Translations under genes and position numbers: made by a program
The notes under the pieces: generated by a model
The model's database searches: none
What the model saw: only the letters and a program-made list of their open reading frames with translations
Told to the model about the DNA's origin: nothing
Shown: positions 37,001 to 47,535 of the stretch, in pieces
Layout: each line of letters starts with the position of its first letter
Numbering within the stretch: position 1 is the first letter of the stretch
Source: Octopus vulgaris
Taxonomy: Eukaryota
Reading direction: 5' to 3'
DNA length: 64,000 nt
Assembly (NCBI GenBank): GCA_951406725.2
Contig: OX597815.1
Coordinates: 56,916,001 to 56,980,000, forward strand

Positions 37001-37943
37001 TTATTTTGTGAAGAAATAAGGATTGTATAAGATGTTCATATTTTCAGCTAGTTCTTTACAGAAACCAAGACAGTTAACTTTAGTAGGAGTTCTAGTCAGG
37101 GACAGAAAGTCAAATGTCTTGGTTTTTAGTATTTAAATCCTACAATATGTCACCATCATTGTTTTTAAATCTGCTTTTTTATGTTGGCAAAGACATTTTG
37201 AAGCCATATTTTATGGCCAGATGCTCTTCCAGTTGCAAATCCTTTTAGCTGCCTTTTCTAAAAACCAGAACACTCGTGGAATTGTAAATTAGTTAGCCAT
37301 GGCCTGCTTTTATAACTAATATTTCCTAATTGGATTAAAAAGAAAACTAACAGTATTATTTAAGCTTTAGTAATGTATGAGCATTAAAAGAAATCAATGA
37401 GCCTAGATAATAAAAACATGATATGGAAACAAAGCCACAAAACTATCTTTGTATGTAGGATATCATGACTTTTTATCAAATCACTTCCCATGGAAACATT
37501 TTAGTGAAACCATTTTTCATTGAAATGACATTCCAGAGAATAATTTTGCAAAAGAGAAAACACACACACACACACACATACACACAGCAGTCATTTAATC
37601 TATGTGTATTGCTTTAATATAATTTTAGATACATCAAAATTTCAGATGATAATGATACAAAACTCCAATGTCAGATTAATATTGATTATTTCTGTCCAGA
37701 TAAACATATATCAGCTATGATACTAAGTTTAAGACAGCTTTTTACTAATAGCTGCTGATTGTCTTCTAAAGAAAATATCTTTGAGACAGAGGATTCAATG
37801 AAAGTGATGAGCTATAGATGAGCTATGTGTAACAACCAGGAAAGTAGAGTTTTTATTGAGAGGACAATCTTCATATTTCTGCATCCCTTGAAAAAAATAA
37901 ACATTAGACTTGCTTACTCAAAGTGTTAACTAGTTCAGTAATG

Positions 37944-38013
37944 GATCTTTTGCATATCAGTTATATACTGTTCATGCCAGATCTTTTGCATATCAGTTAT
38001 ATACTGTTCATGC
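37944..38013. repeat. 36-bp tandem duplication
   Basis: GATCTTTTGCATATCAGTTATATACTGTTCATGC occurs twice in tandem. Confidence 0.9.
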
Positions 38014-39398
38014 TGTTATTTGTGATAACCCCAACGAAATCCTTCAAGTTATCATAAAACAAAGAGCTGGGATTTTGTCTGCAACATTGACTATTGATTT
38101 TGAAATGATGACTTTTAGGTTCTGCAAATGACTTCCCTACAGTAAAAAGTTTTGAATGGTATTGTTGGCTTAAAATTCAAACATTATTATTAGAGTTGGT
38201 ACAAAATTCTGGAACATGCTTTTCTCATAAAATCCTTTTAAGTTCTAACACTTGTGCCTCTAATTGATGTTGTACAAATATTTGAAGAACTTGTTGGATT
38301 TTGAGTGATTAAAATAACACCTGTTATGAAGCCTTCATATATTGTTTTGAATCTACATGCATTCAGCTTGTATGACATGAAAAATACCAAAAAATACAAT
38401 CTCTGACATAATGTTGGAATTTTACATGAACATCTACAAAATGGCTTGCTATGTACCAATAATAGCACTGGAAGTTAACATAATGCCTTTAGTAAATATG
38501 TTGCCAGTACTCTTCTTTCATTACTTACACTTGTAGAAAAAAAATTAAATGAAAACAAGATACAAATGAAGCAATGTTTTGGTTGTATTAAGGGCCTACT
38601 AAGAAAGTGACATTATGAATGAATAGATAACAATGTAACTGGGTATCACATTGTTAATAATCAAATAATTAATTACCTCTGCTCTGTAGCACATAACTTT
38701 GGAAAATGTTTGAAGATCTGTTACTGCTTTATAAGACTTTTAGATAGAAATTCTATTTATGTTCTTTACAGTTAGAATTTTTCTACAAAGTAATCTAGTA
38801 TATATAAATTGCAGTATGTGTGTTTATAATGACTAAAATACATCTCCACAATTCTCAACTGATTTTCACCAAACTTTACACACACATTACTTATTTCTCA
38901 AGGATGGTCATGCACTATGACATTTTGCCAAGAGCTCCCACGTAAATGGACATAGTTTTTTGTATGTAGGGTCTTCCATACTTTTTTAATTTTTTATAAA
39001 TGTGAAAGAATTTTGTCTATTTATTTATTTCCACTGTCCACCAGCAATGGTGATTAAATTGACTAGGAACACTGTACATGATGAATTTCCAATAACTAAA
39101 CAATCTTAATCTCCATGTTTAAATTGCATTAATTTTTGGCAAGCTTACCTTTACCTATTCTTAGTTACTTGATAGGTGATGTTCCCTGTCTTCTCTTCTA
39201 TTTGTTGTTACCTTTGTTTACGTACCAATGTGTTGTTTCATTTTAAGGATGCTTATTTACCCATCCATTATGATAATTCGACTGTTGTCATTCTAGCCTT
39301 TTTTGAATAATCACATATGGTTCATCCTAAAGAATCAACATTTAAATAAGATTTTGGGTGGAGTTATGATGTAAGCACATGCTAAAACCCCTCATAAT

Positions 39399-39625
39399 TT
39401 TTTTTTTTTTTTTTTTTTTTTGTACTTGTTTCAGTCATTTGACTGCGGCCATGCTGGAGCACCGCCTTTAGAGTGGTGAAAGAGTACAGCAGGGATCACC
39501 ACCATCCCCTGCCGGAGCCTCGTGGAGCTTTTAGGTGTTTTCGCTCAATAAACACACACAACGCCCGGTCTGGGAATCGAAACCGCGATCCTCCGACCGC
39601 AAGTCCGCTGCCCTAACCACTCGGC
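39399..39625 (-). mobile_element. Young tRNA-derived SINE with poly(A) tail
   Basis: TGGCCGAGTGGTTAGGGCAGCGGAC...GGTTTCGATTCCC with CpGs retained; 3' end shared with SINE family A; long poly(A); possible TSD CATAAT (39393-39398 and 39626-39631). Confidence 0.85.
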
Positions 39626-41305
39626 CATAATGTTTTTATTTTTACAAATTTCTACAATTTTTTTTTTGATTTTGTTTTCTGCATAATGGAATTAATACGA
39701 TTATGCAAAAAAAAAAAAAACGACTACCCTTCGTCTCTATAATTTACAAATAATTTTTCAATATTTTTATGGAAAAAAGTCAATTGAGGATTTTCACGCA
39801 TAATCCTGGACCTTATATGTTAAATGCCAGTGACATGCTGCATGTCCATCAACAATATTAGCAGTCGTACAGTGGTATGACATACAGTCCAAGTAGACAA
39901 AAGCCTTCTTTTTAAGAGGAAAAATGAAGTTGGAAGAGTGGTGAAGGAGTTTTGGATACTTGTGTTTGTCGTAACCAATGGTTTGCCAGTTATTATGTGT
40001 GTATGTGCATGTATAAAGATATAATTAAAAAAATACGTATACACCCATTTATAATATATATACATATATATATACTCAATTTTTGGGGATTAATCGATAT
40101 GCGGGTATTCTATTTCAGGTAATACAAAAATAACCTAATGAGTATATCTTACAGTAAACTCATGGTATCAGTTTGCACATCACAAAATAATACTTCAATA
40201 ATGAATAATATGCCCTAGCAAGTCAGATATAGGTAGACTTAGTAAATTAATATTGGATAAATATATAAGTAAATTAAATAAGTTAGGTAACCTTAAACTC
40301 TGAAATTGTACCCGAATTACTATAAAATGGTTTAACAATATTAAGGATAAAAATATATGCAAATTCCTTCAAATTGATATAGAGAATTATTATTCATCTA
40401 TAAATGAAGTGGTTTTAAATAAGGCCCTGTCATATACCATGAGAAAGGTAAATATGTCATTTGAAGAAGTAAAAGTAGTGTTGGCTGCGAGGAAGTCCAT
40501 TATAAAATATAAAGAAAAGACACTAGAGATTTTTTTGATATACCCATGGACGCCCCAGATTCAGCTGAGATTACCGATCTTGTAGGTTTACACCTTAGCT
40601 GAACTAGAAATAGAATTCACGAATATAGAGGGTGGTCTTTATAGGGATGACCTACTACTAATAACTAGGAATTGTGCTAATAGGTCATTAGAATGCCTTA
40701 AGAAGAAAATGTACAAGTTCTTTAAGAATAATGGCCTAGGTACATCTAAAGAGAATGAGCATTATGCAGTAAATTATCTAAACGTTAACCTCAATCTAGT
40801 CACTAATAAGATCCATCCATTCTATAAGTTGAATGAAAATCTGAAGTATATTAGTTCTTCAAGTAACCATCCAAAATCAGTTAAAGAAGCCTTAATAAAT
40901 AATATAGGCAAAAGAATATCCATGTTATCCTCAGATTATGATACTTTTAATAAACATGCCCCATATTATAATAAAGCATTAAAAGAAACAGGATATAACT
41001 CTAATATAAAATTATTTAATTATTATGAACACATTAATAATAATAATAATAACATAACAAGTACTCCTAATAAAACTAATAATAAATCTAACAGTAAAAA
41101 TATGAATAACAATAACAAAAGACAATATAACAAACTAAATAAAAATGAAAATAATATAGTTGTTAATAATGATTATATTAATAATAGTAATAATGATAAT
41201 AAGAATATGAACAATAGTAAGAAACATAATAAAGTATACATAAAGAGATATATTATACCTAAGAATAATAATTTAATACCGATGATGTCTACTAATAATG
41301 ATAAT

Positions 41306-43351
41306 GATGATGATGGCAATCCCTCAAGGTCGAGGATGATGTCTTCGCGCAAATTTACTGGTGAGTCGGTAGGTGACCGATAAGACCAATTCTTGCTTGA
41401 AAAGATCGGGCGCAGTGCGGACATCTAGTGCCGGAAGGGAGAGTCACGTGGTTGTTGCTGGTGCTCCTTCCGTCGTCGTCTTTTCTCTTCCAACTCTGCA
41501 GACCTTTTCGACTCGAAAGTCGCCGTTCCCTCATGGATGGTGGTTTTCCAGAGTGATCTGTTTTTTGCCGTTTCCTCCCAGTTAGTGAAGTCGATGTCAC
41601 ACTTTTTGAGGTTTGTTTTCAGGGAGTCCTTGTAGCGTTTCTACTGGCCTCCTTTTGTACGCTTGCCGTCTTTGAGTTGGGAGTAGAAGATCTGTTTGGG
41701 AAGTCGTTCGTCAGTCATTCTAACCACGTGGCTGCTCCATCTTAGTTGGCCTTTGATAACATAGGCTTTGATGCTGGTCATTTTTGCTTCTTGTAGCATG
41801 CTGACGTTTGTTCTTCTGTCTTCCCAGCTGATGTTAAGGATCTTCCGAAGACAGCGTTGGTGAAATTTCTCAACGGCTGTGAAGGTGGACGAAGGCTGCA
41901 GCAGACCATTGACTCCAATCGTCTCGGTTTACCTTGCCATTGGGTCAAGTTGGTGGTCTGTCAAGTTTATGTGTGCTTTACTGGGCGTGCGACCTCAAGC
42001 ACACGTTAAAAAATTTCACACACAGGCGTCTTCGCCACCACTCTTCTTATTCTTTCCAAGTCTTTCGGCGATCGGCGATGGATGATGGGAACAGGCTCAT
42101 GAAGGCTGGAGGCTCCTAGTGCAGAACCGGCACAGATGTTGTGGTTACATGATTTAGTCGCTCTATCTATCGGAAGAAGCAGGGAAGATGTTCGGCAGCA
42201 GTATCCATAAATGAGCAGCCCTGTTTGGGATCCACTCTGCTCACCCTGAATTGGGAAGGGGCTAGAAAAGGTGCCCTAAACATAGTCTGCTTCACCCCAA
42301 TCCTGTCTGGAAAACCGCGTCCAGAGGGATCACCATCATGCAGTCGAAAATCAAGATCAAGATACGCAATGCTGAAATTCGGGACCTGGAATGTCAGGAC
42401 TCTCATAGATAACACCAACTCAGGCAGACCCAAAAGGCAAGCTGCAATCATCGCCCGGGAACTCCATCGATTCAATTTTGACATCATAGCTCTCAGTGAA
42501 ACCCGGAGAGCCGGAGAAGGCCGGCCGAGAGAAGAAAGCGGTCAATACACCTTTTTCTGGAAAGGTTACGATCCCGACCATCAATGTATCCATGGTGTGG
42601 GTTTTGCAATACGAAACACCATCCTATCCAAACTGACAGAGCAGCCCATCGGAATGTCCACACAACTCATGACCCTCCAAATCCAGCTTGTCAAAAGTCA
42701 GCACGCAACTATCATCAGTGCGTATGCTCCCACCCATGACACGGAGGATTTAGTCAAGGAAGAGTTTTACAGCCAGCTTGATAGCATTCTCTCTACTGTC
42801 CCAAAGGAGGACAAGATCATTCTCCTGGGAGATTTCAACGCCAGAGTTGGGAGAGATCGTGAACTCTGGACAGGAACCATCGGAAAGGAAGGAGAGGGAA
42901 AAGTCAATGCCAATGGAACTCTGCTACTCACCAAATGTGCTGAACATAACCTGGTGATAACCAACAACCTTTTTCACCAGAAGAATCGATATAAGGTCTC
43001 ATGGCAGCATCCAAGATCTAAAAAATGGCATCTCATTGACTATATCATCGTGAGATCCCGAGACCAGCAAGATGCGTTGCTCACCAGAGCCGCCACTGGA
43101 GCAGATGAGTGCTGGACAGATCATCGCCTCATTGCCTCCACCATGAAAATCAAACTCCGACCAAAAGTGAAATATCACAGCAAGGAAAGCAGAGTAAAGA
43201 AATTCAACATTAAAGCACTGCAAGACCCAAAAACTCATGTCGCTTTCCAGCAGCGCCTACAGGTCAATCTTCAAAATAAGACTCCAAATCATCTCGTCGA
43301 AGAAAATTGGAACCAGCTGAAAGAAACCATCATCACCGCTTGCGAAGAAAC
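41306..43351. mobile_element. RTE (BovB-like) insertion with inverted 5' portion and deleted RT
   Basis: 41306-41878 is the 3' end on the minus strand (CPHCARSFQARIGLIGH finger, (ATC)n tail). 41879-43351 is the 5' UTR plus APE domain on the plus strand. 12-bp TSD AATAATGATAAT at 41294-41305 and 43352-43363. Confidence 0.9.
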
Positions 43352-43367
43352 AATAATGATAATATAA
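42225..43367 (+). CDS. Uninterrupted RTE APE-endonuclease ORF (C-terminally truncated)
   Basis: 380-aa ORF: 'FGTWNVRTL', 'DIIALSETR', 'SAYAPT', 'LGDFNARVG', 'LIDYII', 'TDHRL'. Likely start is the Met at ~42369. Confidence 0.8.
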   Translation: MGSTLLTLNWEGARKGALNIVCFTPILSGKPRPEGSPSCSRKSRSRYAMLKFGTWNVRTLIDNTNSGRPKRQAAIIARELHRFNFDIIALSETRRAGEGRPREESGQYTFFWKGYDPDHQCIHGVGFAIRNTILSKLTEQPIGMSTQLMTLQIQLVKSQHATIISAYAPTHDTEDLVKEEFYSQLDSILSTVPKEDKIILLGDFNARVGRDRELWTGTIGKEGEGKVNANGTLLLTKCAEHNLVITNNLFHQKNRYKVSWQHPRSKKWHLIDYIIVRSRDQQDALLTRAATGADECWTDHRLIASTMKIKLRPKVKYHSKESRVKKFNIKALQDPKTHVAFQQRLQVNLQNKTPNHLVEENWNQLKETIITACEETIMII

Positions 43368-44718
43368 AAAATATAAAAAATAAAAAAGATATATGGTTAA
43401 CTATTCCGTATGGGGATCAAGTTAGGACTAATATTATTAAGGAGACACTTCAAATATTAAAAATGGTTTTTAATAAGTTCAATAGTTATTCAAATATATT
43501 TTCCAATAAAATCATAAGAGTGGGATACTCAACCTCAAGAAATGTAAGCAATATCATTTTCTCTATAAATAATTATTATAATAGCATAATAAATAATAGC
43601 TCTAGTCATAACATAACCGATAGTGATATAAGACTTAATCAACATATAGAAAAAATGTTCATGTCGTGATAAGACTAGATGTAAGCTTTCTAATAATTGT
43701 AATATAAATAATATAATTTATAAATGTATAGTAAGCTCTAAGAACAATGATATTAAAATTATAAATAAGGCTTATATGGGATCAACAGCTAATGAAATTA
43801 AAAAAAAAGAATATCCCAACACTACCAGACCTTTAATAATCCCAATTTAAGTAAGTCTACTGGCTTAAGTAAATATATATGGGAATTAAAATCTAGAAAA
43901 AGAGAGTACACCCTTAATTGGAGTATTATAGGTAGAGCCCACTCCTATAACATTGGGAATAAAATGTGTTTACTATGCATAACTGAATTTATGAAACTAC
44001 TACAGTCTAGAGATAAATTTCTAAACACATATGATGAACGAGGAGTAAAATATAGGCACCAAAGTAATTTTACGTTTAGTAAAATGAAGTACTGAGCCCC
44101 CAACCCCTGAATCAAATAACCACATAATTTTATTTCTAAAGCACTTGAATAGACTATATAAATAAATAAAGAATAAAAATAAACAAACAAATAATGCAAT
44201 AATTAAAATAAAATAAATATATGAATTAAATATTACTAAAATTATATAATAACAATTTAGATATACCTCACAATATAGATAAATTTGAAAATAATAATAG
44301 AGGATAACTTAAAATTAAAACTATGTATAGTGTAATTACCCCCCTTGGTACTAATCACCTATAAATACCCATAGTTCCCTGCTATCTTCTTCATCAAATC
44401 ACCATTTTAGTACCAGCAAAAAATGGAAGATATGTATTTGAATTTTTCTTGTTATATATCACATTTAAACACAGACATTTTAATTCTGATGTTTAATCTT
44501 ATATCTCACATTCTGTATTTGACATATACTTGATTTTACATGATTGATATATATACTAATTCATATTTATAATGTATGATTTATAAATTTTAATTCTTAA
44601 TATTACAAAGTATAATTTTTATTCTTAATTTTTAATTCGTAATTTTTAATCTTTAATGCTTAATTTTATTGCTTGTTTTTAAAGGGGTGTAGAATTAGAT
44701 ATATAATATTTTGAAATA

Positions 44719-44840
44719 GAACCTGAAGATGTGTTGGAATCATTGTAAATCTGACGATTGCATATATGTATAGATATGGGTACACAGTCATGTATATGTA
44801 TATATATTGTAATCTTCCAATATGGAAACACGTGTAGTTC
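44719..44840 (+). ncRNA. Type I hammerhead ribozyme with extended stem/loop II in PLE2 pLTR
   Basis: GAAC-CTGAAGA-TGTGTTGGAA...TTCCAATATG-GAAA-C-ACGT-G-TA-GTTC: all core nucleotides intact, stem I GAAC/GTTC, palindromic ACGT loop III, predicted cleavage after 44836. Confidence 0.8.
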
Positions 44841-45201
44841 CTTCATATTTAATAAAAATAAGTATTAACTAAAGTATGATATAATTAATGAAGTACATTA
44901 TATACCCAGCTGGAAATTTTGGTTATATCTTTTAAGTATTATTTCGTGATGCGCAAACTGATACTATGAGTTTACTGTAAGATATACTCATTAGGTTATT
45001 TTTGTATTATCTGAAATAGAATACCCGCATATCGATTAATCCCCGCAAAATTGAATATTGACTTTTATCAAATATTTTGTATATTTATAGATAAATATAT
45101 AAATATACAATAAATAAGACCCCCAAAGTACGATATGTAGATGCATATAACACTGTAGGGTTACACCTGATTGATTTGGAAAATTGTTTTCCCAAATTAT
45201 T

Positions 45202-45246
<45 letters not shown>

Positions 45247-45954
45247 CAACAAAGCCTAATGGTGTGAATTTTCTAAAACTCCTTTAGGGACAAACAGTTT
45301 CCACAATGAATTCCAATTTAATTGGTTTCTACACAATCTGAAGTATATTTGTAGAAAATTTCATTAAGAAATATTGAGGTTATGAAGAAGCAATTGTGTA
45401 GATGTGCCGAAATATTTATATATACATATAATTCTGTAAAAATGTATATGTATAAATTTCAGAAGATATTATAATAAGGGAATAAAAGTCAGTCATAATA
45501 AGAGATCTCCCAAAAATCTGTTTCCTTGATTTTTAACTACTGTTTCTGGCACACATATTTACACAATTTTGATTTTGAAGTATTTAAAAAATTATTTGCA
45601 AATTATAAAAAGAAATGAATGGTAGATTTGGACTGTCCATATTTTAAAACCATAAATTATATAAAAAAAATGTGGTGGGAAGGAATTAAAGTTTTTTTTT
45701 TTTGCAAAATTATATCAATTCCATTATGCAGAAGACAGAATTGAAAAAGTTTTGTTAAGATTTGTAAAAATAAAAAAGTTATATTAAGTAATAATTCATC
45801 AACTTCTTCAAGAACCACTTAAGTGGAAAGTAAGACTAGATAGAGTTGTACTATCTGATTGTTGGTGTTGTTTAGCCCATCTCAGTCCTCAGATATAGCC
45901 ATTCCATCTGAGAACATAGGACTTCATTATCTATTGTGCCCTTAAGTTGGTGAG

Positions 45955-46115
45955 TTGGTAAAATGCCAAGTAGCATTTTGTCCATCTTCATTTTACCTTT
46001 CATCCTTTCAAAGTCAATAAAATAAGTACCAGTCAAGTACTGGGTTGATATAAACAATTTCCCCTTCCCCTCAAAAAGAGCTGGCCCTGTGCCTAAATTT
46101 GAAACTATTATCAAT
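45955..46115 (+). mobile_element. Partial SINE family B
   Basis: CCTTTCATCCTTTC...AATAAGTACCAG...GTGCCTAAATTTGAAACTATTA. Confidence 0.65.
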
Positions 46116-46555
46116 TGTGCCACTATTTAAGATGTTTGGATGTTGTTTAAGAAAGATTTGGCTGCCATTTCTTGCAGTTTGAATGATCATATAAAGGGTC
46201 TTCAATAACTTTTATGTGTGGAAGTGGTAATTAAATTATAATTTTTAAAAATCAACATTTTAAAGTTTCATATTGAGACTGAAGTTTGGAGAAAGCATTT
46301 GTTTGGGATAATCATGATTTTTGGATTATCTGATCCTATATGAATGACTTTTTATTACTTTTGAGATATTATATGCTAATTTGTATAAATTTTTTATGTA
46401 TGTTGATATATATACACAAATGTGTGTATATGCTTGGATATGTGTGTATACATGTGTATAAATACTGTATATAAACTGTATTGTGTGTGTAATTTAATTA
46501 TTTCTAAATGCTCCTGTAAATGTTTTTGATTTACACGTGTATTTAAACCTTTAGC

Positions 46556-47498
46556 ATTATTATTATTCAATAGACTTATTTTTACCATGCGCTTTCACTG
46601 CACTACTAAGCACAGCTCTCTGTGCTTTGGGTATGTGCTGTGGTTTATTTTAGTGTTATTATTTTTACTGCATTGAAAGTGCCTTACATAGGATGTGTGC
46701 AGTGCTTAGCAGTGCTATTTTTTGTATGTTATATATATTTGTAAGTCCTGGTGTCTTGGTTATGTATTTGTCTGTATGTTTTTTAACCATATTATAGTGC
46801 ACCTATTATAGTGATTATTTCTTTTTTCAGGCTCCACATTTGGATCGTCTCAGTTTCCACATCTTTGTACTCAGAGTTTCTTTGTTGCTTTTAGAGATAC
46901 ATTGTCATTCGTTGGGACTGATATGTCGATTAGAAGGCATTTTTCTTATTGGTCACTGATGACAATATCTGGCCTATTGGCCCTGATTTATCAGTGTGTA
47001 TTGGTATATCCCAGAGCTTTGTCATTTTCTTGGACCTTTTCTGGAACATGCTTATTCTGTTTTATTTCTGTTGTCATTCCATAGTGCTGACAGATTCCAG
47101 TTTATATAGCTCCCAACTCTGTCATATCTATGGATATATTCTTTCTGGGCAACCAAGGACAATATGATTTATTGTTTCTTTCCCATCACCACATATTTTG
47201 CAGTTACTTGTATTTTTCTTCATTATGTGATTTTGCTGGTTTCTGATGGAGAGGCTTTGATTTTATGCCAATATTAATAACACATGCACTGGTTCAATTC
47301 CACTCCTTTATTATTAGTCAATTGGTTAAATATCCAACTAATTGATTGTTTGTTTAAGTTGGTTAAACAGTAAGTCAGTTGTTTTGTTATTGTTTGGTCT
47401 TTTTTGTCAAAGCTCTTTCGTTACTATTTGCAACCTTTTCAGTGACTTTTCTCTTAGTCCATTATAGAGGCCATGCCTGTCTGTCTTAGACTTTGTTG

Positions 47499-47535
<37 letters not shown>

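Larger units (their letters stand above)
40074..45205 (+). mobile_element. Penelope-like element 2 (RT + GIY-YIG) with inverted partial pLTR, interrupted by an RTE
   Basis: 'IKWFNNIKDK..KFLQIDIENYYSSI', 'LYRDDLL', 'SSNHPKS', 'IWLTIPYG', GIY-YIG 'NIIYKC...AYMGST'. 40074-40197 is reverse-complementary to 44932-45056. Flanked by (TA)n on both sides. Confidence 0.9.

Noticed and set aside
37740-38760. hAT/Charlie-like transposase relic
   Set aside because: Only vague similarity; no motif or terminus could be read confidently.
38793-38990. Second Helitron
   Set aside because: The 5' end resembles TC-TA..TATATAAA Helitron starts, but no hairpin-CTAG 3' end was found.
40990-41300. Asn-rich host protein
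   Set aside because: It is the low-complexity linker inside the Penelope ORF, continuing after the RTE insertion.
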